Below the pieces are notes generated by a model, which was not told the DNA's origin, made no database searches, and worked only from the letters and a program-made list of their open reading frames with translations. From the NCBI GenBank assembly GCA_964394405.1, contig CAYMVY010000001.1, positions 345,236-409,235 of the forward strand: a stretch of 64,000 nucleotides of DNA, in the 5' to 3' direction. Below, one piece after another: positions 20,146 through 29,061 of this stretch; positions within the stretch are counted from its first letter, which is position 1; each line of letters begins with the position of its first letter. Source of the DNA: an uncultured Gammaproteobacteria bacterium. Lineage in GTDB: Bacteria; Patescibacteriota; Patescibacteriia; Magasanikbacterales; UBA922. A program made the translations under genes and the position numbers.

Positions 20146-21723
20146 ATGTCACGACCAAAACCAGTAGTACTTGCTATACTTGATGGATGGGGAGTCGCAC
20201 CAGCAAGCGACGGGAATGCGATTGAGCGAGCCCTGACGCCGAACATGGATCGTTTTGTACGCGAATACCCAGCCATGACACTCTATGCTTCGGGGAATGA
20301 AGTAGGTTTGTCATACGGAGAAATGGGGAATTCAGAAGTAGGACATTTGAATATCGGTGCTGGTCGCGTATATTATCAGACCTTTCCTCGGATCAATAAA
20401 ACTATTGTTGATGGAACATTTTCTCAAAACAAGGCATTTTTGAGTGCAGTAGAACATGTTCGTGAACATAAATCGAGTCTGCATCTGGTAGGCCTGGTGA
20501 GTCCGGGAAACGTACATGCGAGCCAGGACCATCTCTATGCGTTGCTAGAATTTGCCAAGAAAAATAAAATTAAGAATGTGTTTGTACATGCGATTCTTGA
20601 TGGAAGAGACACGCTGTATAATAGTGGCAAAGATTTTATTGGAAAACTAGAAGAGAAGATGAAAAAGATTGGAGTGGGTGAAATTGCGTCGTTGTCGGGG
20701 CGTTATTATGCAATGGACCGTGATAATCGATGGGATCGAATCGAGCGCGCATATCGAGCGATGGCTGAAGGAGTTTCTGAGACATATCACAAAGATCCTC
20801 GTGAAGCACTCGATATATCATATGAAAAAAAAGTATATGATGAAGAATTCATACCAGTCGTGATTGGAAAAGAAGGGAAGCCCACTGCTCGGATTGAATC
20901 AGGAGACGCGGTGATCTTTTTTAATTTCCGCCCTGACCGTGCCAGACAACTCACCAAAGCATTTGTATTGCCTGGATTTGATAAATTCAAGCGTGAATAT
21001 CTGAAAGATTTGCTTTTTGTAACTATGACTGAATATGAAAAAGAAATTCCCGTCGTAGTCGCATATCCTCCAGTCGTCGTGCATAATTGTCTTGCAGAAG
21101 TAGTGAGTAAAGCGGGGCTCACCCAATTCCACGTGGCAGAAACAGAAAAATACGCGCATATTACGTTCTTTTTGAACGGCACAGTCGAAGAACCTTTTGA
21201 AGGGGAAGAGCGTGCAATTGTACCTTCTCCAAATGTATCTTCGTATGATAAGGCACCAGAAATGTCGGCTGCAGAAGTTACCAAGAAAGTAATTCATGCA
21301 ATTGAATCAGACGCATATGACGTGATTCTGGTAAATTATGCGAATGCTGATATGGTGGGACATACCGGAGATCGTGACGCCACGATTACTGCATGTGAGG
21401 CAGTAGACAAAGGGCTGGGTAAAATTGCTGAATATGTAGAAGCAAAAGGTGGGGTGCTTCTTATCACTGCTGATCATGGAAATGCTGAGGAAGTGGTGAA
21501 TTTGAAGACCGGTGAAAAAGACAAGGAGCATAGTAATAACCCAGTACCACTACTTATTATTGGGAAAGAATTCAGAGGACACGCAGGTCCGGGCGGTGAC
21601 GCTCCTGAGGGTGACTTGAGTCTGGTGCATCCTGTCGGAATTCTTGCTGATGTAGCGCCGACTGTATTAAAAATTCTTGGACTTGAGCAACCGCCGGAGA
21701 TGACGGGGAGATCGTTGATATAA
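20146..21723 (+). CDS. gpmI: 2,3-bisphosphoglycerate-independent phosphoglycerate mutase (iPGM), paralogue 2
   Basis: ILDGWG, GNSEVGHLNIGAGR, YANADMVGHTG and ADHGNAEE. It starts 4 nt after paralogue 1. The two proteins share the catalytic motifs but are otherwise divergent. Confidence 0.9.
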   Translation: MSRPKPVVLAILDGWGVAPASDGNAIERALTPNMDRFVREYPAMTLYASGNEVGLSYGEMGNSEVGHLNIGAGRVYYQTFPRINKTIVDGTFSQNKAFLSAVEHVREHKSSLHLVGLVSPGNVHASQDHLYALLEFAKKNKIKNVFVHAILDGRDTLYNSGKDFIGKLEEKMKKIGVGEIASLSGRYYAMDRDNRWDRIERAYRAMAEGVSETYHKDPREALDISYEKKVYDEEFIPVVIGKEGKPTARIESGDAVIFFNFRPDRARQLTKAFVLPGFDKFKREYLKDLLFVTMTEYEKEIPVVVAYPPVVVHNCLAEVVSKAGLTQFHVAETEKYAHITFFLNGTVEEPFEGEERAIVPSPNVSSYDKAPEMSAAEVTKKVIHAIESDAYDVILVNYANADMVGHTGDRDATITACEAVDKGLGKIAEYVEAKGGVLLITADHGNAEEVVNLKTGEKDKEHSNNPVPLLIIGKEFRGHAGPGGDAPEGDLSLVHPVGILADVAPTVLKILGLEQPPEMTGRSLI

Positions 21724-21724
21724 G

Positions 21725-21815
21725 TTCAAATCTTAAACTTTAAAAAAGACATCCATGTAGGATAGTCTTTTTTATTCATTTGAAATTTTGATTTTGAAAT
21801 TAGTGATTTTGAGTT
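21725..21815. repeat. partial, degenerate copy of the AT-rich palindromic repeat plus a terminator-like hairpin between convergent gpmI and the NrnA-like gene
   Basis: aaaaagacatccatgtaggatagtctttttt hairpin, then tttgaaattttgattttgaaattagtgattttgag. Confidence 0.35.
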
Positions 21816-23008
21816 GCTTGTTTAATATGCGCAATCAATTCATCCTCTGCTTCTTTAAGATTTTTTTCTAAAAGTGTAAACGTCGCGTCATCTTCATCTC
21901 CCACTGCTTCATACTTTTTCATAATTTCAGTCGCATGGAAGTTCGGAATAATTTTGAGCATTCCGTGTACGGCGCCATTGGTTTCAGTTGGGTCTTCATA
22001 TAATACCAGAATAATCCGTGCATCAGGTGAGAATGCGATCAATTCTTCAATAATCAAGGAGAGTTCATCCACTCGGGCATTTGCGCGGATAAAATCATCT
22101 CGAGTAATCGTGGTTGAGATAATACCATGCACTGCGTCAAAAGTAATATGTGAGAGAGCAGTTCCCCATAATTTGAAGGTTGAAATTGATTTGGTCTCAA
22201 ACAATTGTTTGATAATGTATGCGCGGTCTGCTCCGAGTTCGACAAGTTTGCTTGCGACAGTGAGAGTATAGGGGCGCACTTTTTTATTCTTAAAACTATT
22301 GGTTCCTGCAATAATGCCTGTAAGAAGGGCCTGCGCTATCTGAGAATTGATAAGTTCTGGTTTGTAGGCGTTCAGTAATTCATATACCACTTCAGACGAG
22401 GTACTTGCAGGGAGCTCGACTAGATTGATATGTCCGAATAGTTCATTCGAACTTTTGTGATCAATATTAATAATCGGCGTTTTGAAAAAGAATTCCTCAT
22501 TATGGGTATAGATGCTACCGAGTGCGGGAAGGTGTGGGGTATCAATGACAATAATTGCATCATACTTGAATTCACTCTGGGAAGTGCGGATGCGATCTTT
22601 TGAAAAAAATCCGTTCTTTGGGGTGATAAACAATCTGAGTTTCTCATCCTTTACATCATATTTGAGGCTGGAAAGTCCGTTTTTTGAAATATCCATGGTA
22701 ATAACAAATTGATGTAGTCCCCCAAGAGAAGGAGTGATTGTAGTAGAACCAGAGAGAAAACTAAAACGGTCGGATAAGACAAAACCGTCGCATGCAATAT
22801 GCGCTTTTTTGCCGAGCTGCTCGAAGAAGAGTTTGAGGGCGAGCGCGCTACCGATAGCATCACCATCTGCCCCAGCCTTAAAAGTAATAAGCAGGTTCTT
22901 CTTATCCTCAAGCGTCCGTATTACTTGTTGTAGTACATAAAGTCCCATACCTGTATTATAGACAAAAAAGGGATACGCCAGTATATCAGAGGGTAAAATT
23001 AATGTCAA
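21800..23008 (-). CDS. DHH/DHHA1-family phosphoesterase, NrnA-like (nanoRNase / pAp phosphatase family)
   Basis: DHH motif I KAGADGDAIGSALAL, then IDHKSSN where NrnA has DHH, and a C-terminal DHHA1-like region. 402 aa. The start may be the internal ATG 60 nt downstream. Confidence 0.55.
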   Translation of the reverse strand: MTLILPSDILAYPFFVYNTGMGLYVLQQVIRTLEDKKNLLITFKAGADGDAIGSALALKLFFEQLGKKAHIACDGFVLSDRFSFLSGSTTITPSLGGLHQFVITMDISKNGLSSLKYDVKDEKLRLFITPKNGFFSKDRIRTSQSEFKYDAIIVIDTPHLPALGSIYTHNEEFFFKTPIINIDHKSSNELFGHINLVELPASTSSEVVYELLNAYKPELINSQIAQALLTGIIAGTNSFKNKKVRPYTLTVASKLVELGADRAYIIKQLFETKSISTFKLWGTALSHITFDAVHGIISTTITRDDFIRANARVDELSLIIEELIAFSPDARIILVLYEDPTETNGAVHGMLKIIPNFHATEIMKKYEAVGDEDDATFTLLEKNLKEAEDELIAHIKQATQNH

Positions 23009-23122
23009 CAGTGCGGTTTTTGAGACTTTTTGCGTGGTGCAAAGCCCATAATTGAGCCAGATTTAGCCTAATTCTTGCTAAATATAGAAGAGTACGATAG
23101 AATTTTAGGTATACTGAACTTT

Positions 23123-26100
23123 ATGAAAGAACGAGAACTGCCCAAAGCTTACGAACCGCATATATACGAGGATAAGATCTATACACGCTGGGAAAAAGGC
23201 GGTTTTTTTGCGCCTGAGAGCATTCCAGGGTGGGTCAAGGACGATACGAAGAGAGAGTCTTTTAGTATGGTATTACCTCCTCCAAATGTGACTGGAACCC
23301 TCCATATGGGTCATGCGGTCATGCTCGCAGTACAGGATGTGATGGCGCGCTATCATCGGATGAAGGGTGACAAAACCCTCTGGATTCCAGGAACCGATCA
23401 TGCCGCAGTCGCAACTGAGTCAAAAGTAGAAAAAATGTTGATTGAAGGCGGAATGAAAAAACCAAAAGCAGAGCTGGGGCGTGAAAAATTTTTGAAACAC
23501 GTGGAAAAATTTGCGAGTGAATCGCATGACACTATTGTGAACCAAGCAAAAAAAATGGGGGCGTCCCTCGATTGGTCTCGTGAAGCATTTACTCTCGATA
23601 AAGCACGAAATACTGCAGTAAATACCTTATTCAAAATGATGTACGATGACGGGCTTATTTATCGAGGATACCGAGTAATCAATTGGTCAGTCAAAGGGCA
23701 ATCCACCTGCAGTGATGATGAATTGGTCTATGTCGAGCGACCAGGGAAATTATATTATTTCACATACGGACCAGAATGTCCGATTACGATTGCGACAACG
23801 AGACCAGAAACTAAGCTCGGGGATACGGCAATTGCAGTGAATCCAAAAGGAAAATGGAAAAAATATATTGGAAAAACTTTTGTTATAAAAAACTTCGGTC
23901 AAACCGGACATGTTTTAAATTTGAAAGTAATTGCAGATGCGGGAGTTGATGACACATTTGGTACCGGAGCTCTCGGGGTCACTCCGGCGCATAGCCAGAC
24001 TGATTTTGAAATCTATCAGAAGAATAAAGATATTGGTTTGATTCAGGTAATTGGCGAGGACGGGAACATGACTGGTAATGCTGGAAAAGCATATGCAGGT
24101 TTAACAGTTGAAGAAGCCCGAAAGAAAGTAGTTGCGTGGTTGGAAAAGCAAAAACTGCTTGAGAAAACTGAAGATACGATGCAGAATGTGGGAACCAGTG
24201 ATCGCTTCGGTGATGTTGTAGAACCATTACCAAAAACTCAATGGTTTATTGAGGTGAATAAAAAAGTAAAAAGTAAAAACGCAAAAGTAAAAAGTTTTGA
24301 GGGTAATTTGAGTTTGAAAGAGCGGATGCAGCGAGCAGTTCGTGATGGTCATATAAAAATTATCCCTGAGCGATTTGATAAAACCTATTTTCATTGGATT
24401 GATAATTTACGTGACTGGAATATTAGTCGACAGATTTGGTATGGACATCAGATTCCGGTGTGGTACTGCAGAGAAAGTAAAAAGGAAAAAGGTAAAAGTA
24501 AAAACTGTGGCGAAATGTTTGTGTTAACAGAAAAACTTACCCAGTGTCCGAATTGTGGAGGTAGTGTTGAACAAGATTCAGACACACTCGACACGTGGTT
24601 TTCTTCAGGTTCGTGGACATTCTCTACACTTGGTTGGCCCACGACTGAAGTTCAGTTTATTCGTCACGGTGAGGCAGAAAATAGTGTAGAGAAAATAGTA
24701 AGTGATATTAATGATCGAAATGTATACAACCTCACGAAAAAAGGCGAAAAACAAATTCAAGAGTTGGCAAAAATAATGAAAAATAAACCAGAAGTTATTA
24801 TTACTTCCCCAATCGCTCGAGCGAAAGAAACTGCTGAGATTTTGAGTAAGAAATTAGGGAGTACTCTTGTTGAAGATGCACGAATTCGAGAAGTCGGAGT
24901 GGGGGAGTTCAATAGTAAAAGTGAAGATGAATTCGATGAATTCCGTGCAGGCAACAACTGGATGAAGAGTAATCCAAAAGGGATTGAGTCTTATGTTTCA
25001 ATGCGTAAGCGCACCCATGAATTCATGGCAGAAATTCTTGAAAAATATCGAGGTAAACGGATTGCAATTGTTTCGCATGGTGACCCGATTGAAGTTATGA
25101 AGCAATTCGGTACTGAAGTCTATACCAATGAATGGGATATCCAGGATCGGGGCACTCTCGAAACCCGAATGTTTGGCTCTGATAATAAGCAGAATGATGA
25201 TCTTGAAGTATTTCATCCCACCTCAGTTCTTGAAACCGGTTATGATATTCTCTTCTTCTGGGTTGCGCGCATGATTCTCATGAGCACCTACGCACTTGGT
25301 GAAGTACCATTCAAGACCGTCTATCTTCATGGTCTGGTACGTGATGAAGAAGGGAGAAAAATGAGCAAGTCTCTCGGGAACATTATTGATCCTCTCGACA
25401 TGATCAAGAAATATGGAACTGATGCAACCAGACTTTCACTTCTCATTGGCGGAACACCGGGGAATGATATGCGATTGTCAGAAGAAAAGATCGCAGGCTT
25501 TAGAAATTTTACGAATAAACTATGGAATATTAGCCGATTCATGTTGTTAAATATTGAAAAGCCAGTAAGAGATATCAAACAACCTAAGGCAAAAACAGCG
25601 GCAGATGAATGGATTTTGTGGAAATTAAACGAAGTTGTATCAAAAATGAATACATCATTTGATGCATATCAATTCTCAATTGCTGGTGAAACATTGCGTG
25701 ATTTTACCTGGGGAGAGCTTGCTGACTGGTATCTGGAAATTGCAAAAGTGGAAGGTGAGAAGAGTGAGATACTAAATTATATTTTGAATACCATTCTCAA
25801 ACTTTGGCATCCCTTCATGCCCTTTGTCACTGAACAAATATGGCAGGAAATATATGGTGGAACAATGCTTATAGTAGAAGAGTATCCAACAATAGAAAAA
25901 AGCAAGAAAAAGACAAGTGATGTAGTGTTTGTTGATACAACCCTTCGAAATATTATCACCAAGATTCGTTCAATTCGCACTGAATACAAGATCGAGCCAG
26001 CAAAGAAAATAATAGTGAGCATGAAAATGAAAGGCACAAACACATTACTCAAAGAATATTCGCCAGTGTTGATTCGATTGGCAGGGCTCGAAACTATTAC

Positions 26101-26377
26101 ACATGAAAAGATTGAAAAAGCTGTTTCATTTATTGAATCTGGAATAGAGGTAGACATAGATTTGAGCAGTGCAATCGATACGAAGAAAGAAAAAATACGA
26201 ATCGAAAAAGAGATCGCGAGTGTTGAACCATATGTAATACAACTTGAGAAAAAATTAGCAAACAAAGAGTTTGTAAAAAATGCGCCAAAAGCAGTGGTTG
26301 AGATTGAAAAAAAGAAGCTAGAAGAAGCGCGGCAGAAACTAGAGTCATTGAATGGGCAGTTAAAACAACTAACCTAG
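23123..26377 (+). CDS. valS: valine--tRNA ligase with an inserted histidine-phosphatase-like domain
   Basis: Class I HIGH region (PPPNVTGTLHMGHA), CP1 editing domain (TTRPET, GTGALGVTPAHSQTDFE), KMSKS, and C-terminal coiled coil. An in-frame insertion of about 184 aa at nt 24645-25195 carries FIRHGEAEN ... IAIVSHGDPI. Two Lys-rich micro-insertions are also present. The track ORF starts at a TTG at 23075. The ATG at 23123 (MKERELPKAYEP...) matches ValRS N-termini. Confidence 0.9.
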   Translation: MKERELPKAYEPHIYEDKIYTRWEKGGFFAPESIPGWVKDDTKRESFSMVLPPPNVTGTLHMGHAVMLAVQDVMARYHRMKGDKTLWIPGTDHAAVATESKVEKMLIEGGMKKPKAELGREKFLKHVEKFASESHDTIVNQAKKMGASLDWSREAFTLDKARNTAVNTLFKMMYDDGLIYRGYRVINWSVKGQSTCSDDELVYVERPGKLYYFTYGPECPITIATTRPETKLGDTAIAVNPKGKWKKYIGKTFVIKNFGQTGHVLNLKVIADAGVDDTFGTGALGVTPAHSQTDFEIYQKNKDIGLIQVIGEDGNMTGNAGKAYAGLTVEEARKKVVAWLEKQKLLEKTEDTMQNVGTSDRFGDVVEPLPKTQWFIEVNKKVKSKNAKVKSFEGNLSLKERMQRAVRDGHIKIIPERFDKTYFHWIDNLRDWNISRQIWYGHQIPVWYCRESKKEKGKSKNCGEMFVLTEKLTQCPNCGGSVEQDSDTLDTWFSSGSWTFSTLGWPTTEVQFIRHGEAENSVEKIVSDINDRNVYNLTKKGEKQIQELAKIMKNKPEVIITSPIARAKETAEILSKKLGSTLVEDARIREVGVGEFNSKSEDEFDEFRAGNNWMKSNPKGIESYVSMRKRTHEFMAEILEKYRGKRIAIVSHGDPIEVMKQFGTEVYTNEWDIQDRGTLETRMFGSDNKQNDDLEVFHPTSVLETGYDILFFWVARMILMSTYALGEVPFKTVYLHGLVRDEEGRKMSKSLGNIIDPLDMIKKYGTDATRLSLLIGGTPGNDMRLSEEKIAGFRNFTNKLWNISRFMLLNIEKPVRDIKQPKAKTAADEWILWKLNEVVSKMNTSFDAYQFSIAGETLRDFTWGELADWYLEIAKVEGEKSEILNYILNTILKLWHPFMPFVTEQIWQEIYGGTMLIVEEYPTIEKSKKKTSDVVFVDTTLRNIITKIRSIRTEYKIEPAKKIIVSMKMKGTNTLLKEYSPVLIRLAGLETITHEKIEKAVSFIESGIEVDIDLSSAIDTKKEKIRIEKEIASVEPYVIQLEKKLANKEFVKNAPKAVVEIEKKKLEEARQKLESLNGQLKQLT

Positions 26378-26441
26378 TTGCCCACTGTTCTTTATTAGAA
26401 TAATCAGGTAAATTAGTATAATTAGAATAATTTTTATTACT

Positions 26442-26816
26442 ATGGATAAGAAAAAGCAAAATCTCATGTGGTGGCTCGTAGGTATTCTTGTTTTGGCGGG
26501 GATTATCGCGCTTGCAGTCTACAAGAAAAATCAGCCAGGACAGTACGATACCTTTGCTGCATGTATCAAAGATAGTGGAGCAATATTTTATGGCGCGTTC
26601 TGGTGTCCGCATTGTCAATCGCAAAAAGCGTTATTTGGAAAATCGAGCAGACTACTCCCATACGTAGAGTGCTCTACTCCAAGCAAATCACAGACAAAGG
26701 CATGTGATGACGCGGGAGTGACTTCGTATCCGACTTGGAAATTCAAAGATGGAAGTGTAGTGACTGGACAGCAATCATTCCAGCAACTAGCAGAGAAAAC
26801 AAAATGTGAAATATAG
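26442..26816 (+). CDS. membrane-anchored thioredoxin-fold protein with CPHC active site (DsbA-like thiol:disulfide oxidoreductase)
   Basis: N-terminal TM (LMWWLVGILVLAGIIALAVY) and the FWCPHCQ CxxC motif. 124 aa. Confidence 0.55.
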   Translation: MDKKKQNLMWWLVGILVLAGIIALAVYKKNQPGQYDTFAACIKDSGAIFYGAFWCPHCQSQKALFGKSSRLLPYVECSTPSKSQTKACDDAGVTSYPTWKFKDGSVVTGQQSFQQLAEKTKCEI

Positions 26817-26828
26817 TTTAATAAAAAT

Positions 26829-27845
26829 ATGGAGACACTAAGTCCTGGAGCTGCTGAAGTAGATATTTCTGCGTCAGAATTTGCAAAGCAGGAAAAAACA
26901 AAACGAGTTATCAGTGAAATTACCCGTATTCGTGAGTTGTATCATCAAATATGCAACATAGACCAGAAAGTTGCAGCATATAAATCAAAGGTTGGCGCAT
27001 TGCGAGATGACGAAGAAGTGCCAACTGAGTGGGTTGAAGATATGCGAAAGATTGTACATGCTGATCCACATAAAGTGGAAGATTTTATGATGCCGCCCGG
27101 AGCTTTATTTGCTGAAATATATGGGCGTAACATAAGTCATGATATCAAAAACATACAACAGCGGTTAGTTTTTTATCAATTCGCAATTGATTCTCTCGAA
27201 GATGGTGATCTAAGACAATTTGTGAATGATTGGGAATACGCGGCAGCAAATTGGGAAGCGTATTACTATACCATGCTCGATTATGCGGCTCGTGCAAAAA
27301 ATGTGATTGAAGGTGGCAAAGGGGACATTATCGATCCTCGGGTACTGGAGACCGAAGGAAAAAAAGTCGATGCACGTGAATTGTTGGATGTGCTGATAAG
27401 ATTTATCAAAGATAGAACCAAAAAACATGAGGGAGTATCAGTTCACTATCCAGATTCTTTGCCGGATAATATAGTTGCCGATATCGCACCAGGGGTTGTG
27501 TTTAATAAATTAGCGAATATTTTATTAAATCCTATCCGAAAGACTGATACGATCCGGGCAAAAAATGTCTGGATTGAAGTGTCTGTAGACGGTGAGGGTG
27601 AAAAGAAAAATCTGGTAATTACCGTGAGTGATGATGGAATTGGGATGGATGAGGAGATAAAGAGTCATATTTTTGAAGGTGGCTTTAGCACTACCAAAGG
27701 TAAAGGTATTGGTCTTGCATATGCAGACACGCTTTTTAATCAAATGAATTGTACAATACATGTCGAAAGTAACCCTGCGTCTGATCGGGCAGGAAACGGT
27801 GAAGTGCATACCACGTTTACTGTCGTGATTCCGCTTTCTGCTTGA
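26829..27845 (+). CDS. histidine-kinase-like ATPase (HATPase_c) domain protein, soluble
   Basis: The C-terminal region has an N-box (LANILLNPIRKT), G1 (VSDDGIGMD) and G2 (GKGIGL). It has no TM segment and no clear DHp His box. Confidence 0.55.
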   Translation: METLSPGAAEVDISASEFAKQEKTKRVISEITRIRELYHQICNIDQKVAAYKSKVGALRDDEEVPTEWVEDMRKIVHADPHKVEDFMMPPGALFAEIYGRNISHDIKNIQQRLVFYQFAIDSLEDGDLRQFVNDWEYAAANWEAYYYTMLDYAARAKNVIEGGKGDIIDPRVLETEGKKVDARELLDVLIRFIKDRTKKHEGVSVHYPDSLPDNIVADIAPGVVFNKLANILLNPIRKTDTIRAKNVWIEVSVDGEGEKKNLVITVSDDGIGMDEEIKSHIFEGGFSTTKGKGIGLAYADTLFNQMNCTIHVESNPASDRAGNGEVHTTFTVVIPLSA

Positions 27846-27879
27846 TTTTACCCTTTTTCACTGCTATAGTTTCTCCACT

Positions 27880-29061
27880 ATGAAAATTTCTACTGACAAG
27901 AAAAAAATCGATGAATTACTCTCACGAGGAGTCGAGAGCGTGATTGATAAAAATCACTTGAAAAAACGTCTCGAATCAGGAGAAAAGCTTCGGGTAAAGC
28001 TTGGGATTGACCCGACCAGTCCCAATCTCCACCTGGGACGTTCAATTCCACTCCTCAAAATGCGCGATTTCCAGGAGCTTGGACACCAGCTCGTGTTTAT
28101 TGTCGGGGATTTTACCGGTATCATTGGAGATACCTCGGACAAAGATAGTGAGCGCCCCATGCTTGAACGGGAAACAGTGAAGAAAAACATGAAAAATTAT
28201 GTAGCGCAGGCAGGGAAAATTATTGATATCAAGAAAGCAGAAGTTCACTACAATAGTAAATGGTTGTCAAAAGTGAATTATACTGAACTCGGAGAACAGG
28301 CTGGCGCGTTTTCAGTTGCAGAATTTATCGCACGCGACAATATTCGTCGAAGATTGGACGCCGGAACCCGTGTGTCGCTTCGAGAAGTGCTCTATCCACT
28401 CATGCAGGGATATGATTCAGTGGCTGTCAAAGCTGATGTAGAGCTTGGGGGAACTGATCAACGGTTCAATCTACTTGCTGGACGTACACTTCAGGAGAAG
28501 TATGAGCAAGAGCCACAGGATATTATTATGAACCCGCTTGTAGCAGGGACTGATGGTAGAAAAATGAGTTCAAGCTGGGGTAATACCGTGAATCTTACTG
28601 ATACCCCTAATGATATGTTTGGTAAAATCATGAGTATTCCCGATGATTTGATTATTCCTTATTTCACCTACATGACTCGGGTACCCATGGAAACAGTTGC
28701 AGGGTATGCCAAGGAAATCAAAAAAGGTGGGAATCCGCGAGATTTCAAAGTAAAACTAGGAGTAGAGTTAGTTCGTTTTTATCATGGAGAAAAAGAAGCA
28801 GTGAAAGCGCATGAATATTTTGTTGCTACATTTGCAAAAAAAGAAATTCCAACTGACATCACAGAATTAAAACCTTCAAAATACGATATTGTGACTGTGC
28901 TTGTTGATGCTAGATTTGCTACTGGAACGAGTGACGCACGAAGGACAATTGAGGGTGGCGGGGTCAAAATCAATGAGAAAAAAGTGACGTCATATGAAGA
29001 GGTGTGTAGTCCAGGGGATGTAATTCAGAAGGGGAAAAGATTTTTTGTGAAAATTGTATGA
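27880..29061 (+). CDS. tyrS: tyrosine--tRNA ligase
   Basis: A DPTSPNLHLGR HIGH-like motif, FQELGHQLVFIVGDFTGIIGDTSDK (TyrRS-specific), the KMSSSWGN KMSKS variant and a C-terminal S4-like domain. 393 aa. Confidence 0.82.
   Translation: MKISTDKKKIDELLSRGVESVIDKNHLKKRLESGEKLRVKLGIDPTSPNLHLGRSIPLLKMRDFQELGHQLVFIVGDFTGIIGDTSDKDSERPMLERETVKKNMKNYVAQAGKIIDIKKAEVHYNSKWLSKVNYTELGEQAGAFSVAEFIARDNIRRRLDAGTRVSLREVLYPLMQGYDSVAVKADVELGGTDQRFNLLAGRTLQEKYEQEPQDIIMNPLVAGTDGRKMSSSWGNTVNLTDTPNDMFGKIMSIPDDLIIPYFTYMTRVPMETVAGYAKEIKKGGNPRDFKVKLGVELVRFYHGEKEAVKAHEYFVATFAKKEIPTDITELKPSKYDIVTVLVDARFATGTSDARRTIEGGGVKINEKKVTSYEEVCSPGDVIQKGKRFFVKIV

Noticed and set aside
24645-25195. Intein in ValRS
   Set aside because: The insert lacks the N-terminal Cys/Ser plus block A and the C-terminal His-Asn-(Cys/Ser/Thr) splice junction. 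Instead it carries an RHGE histidine-phosphatase signature.
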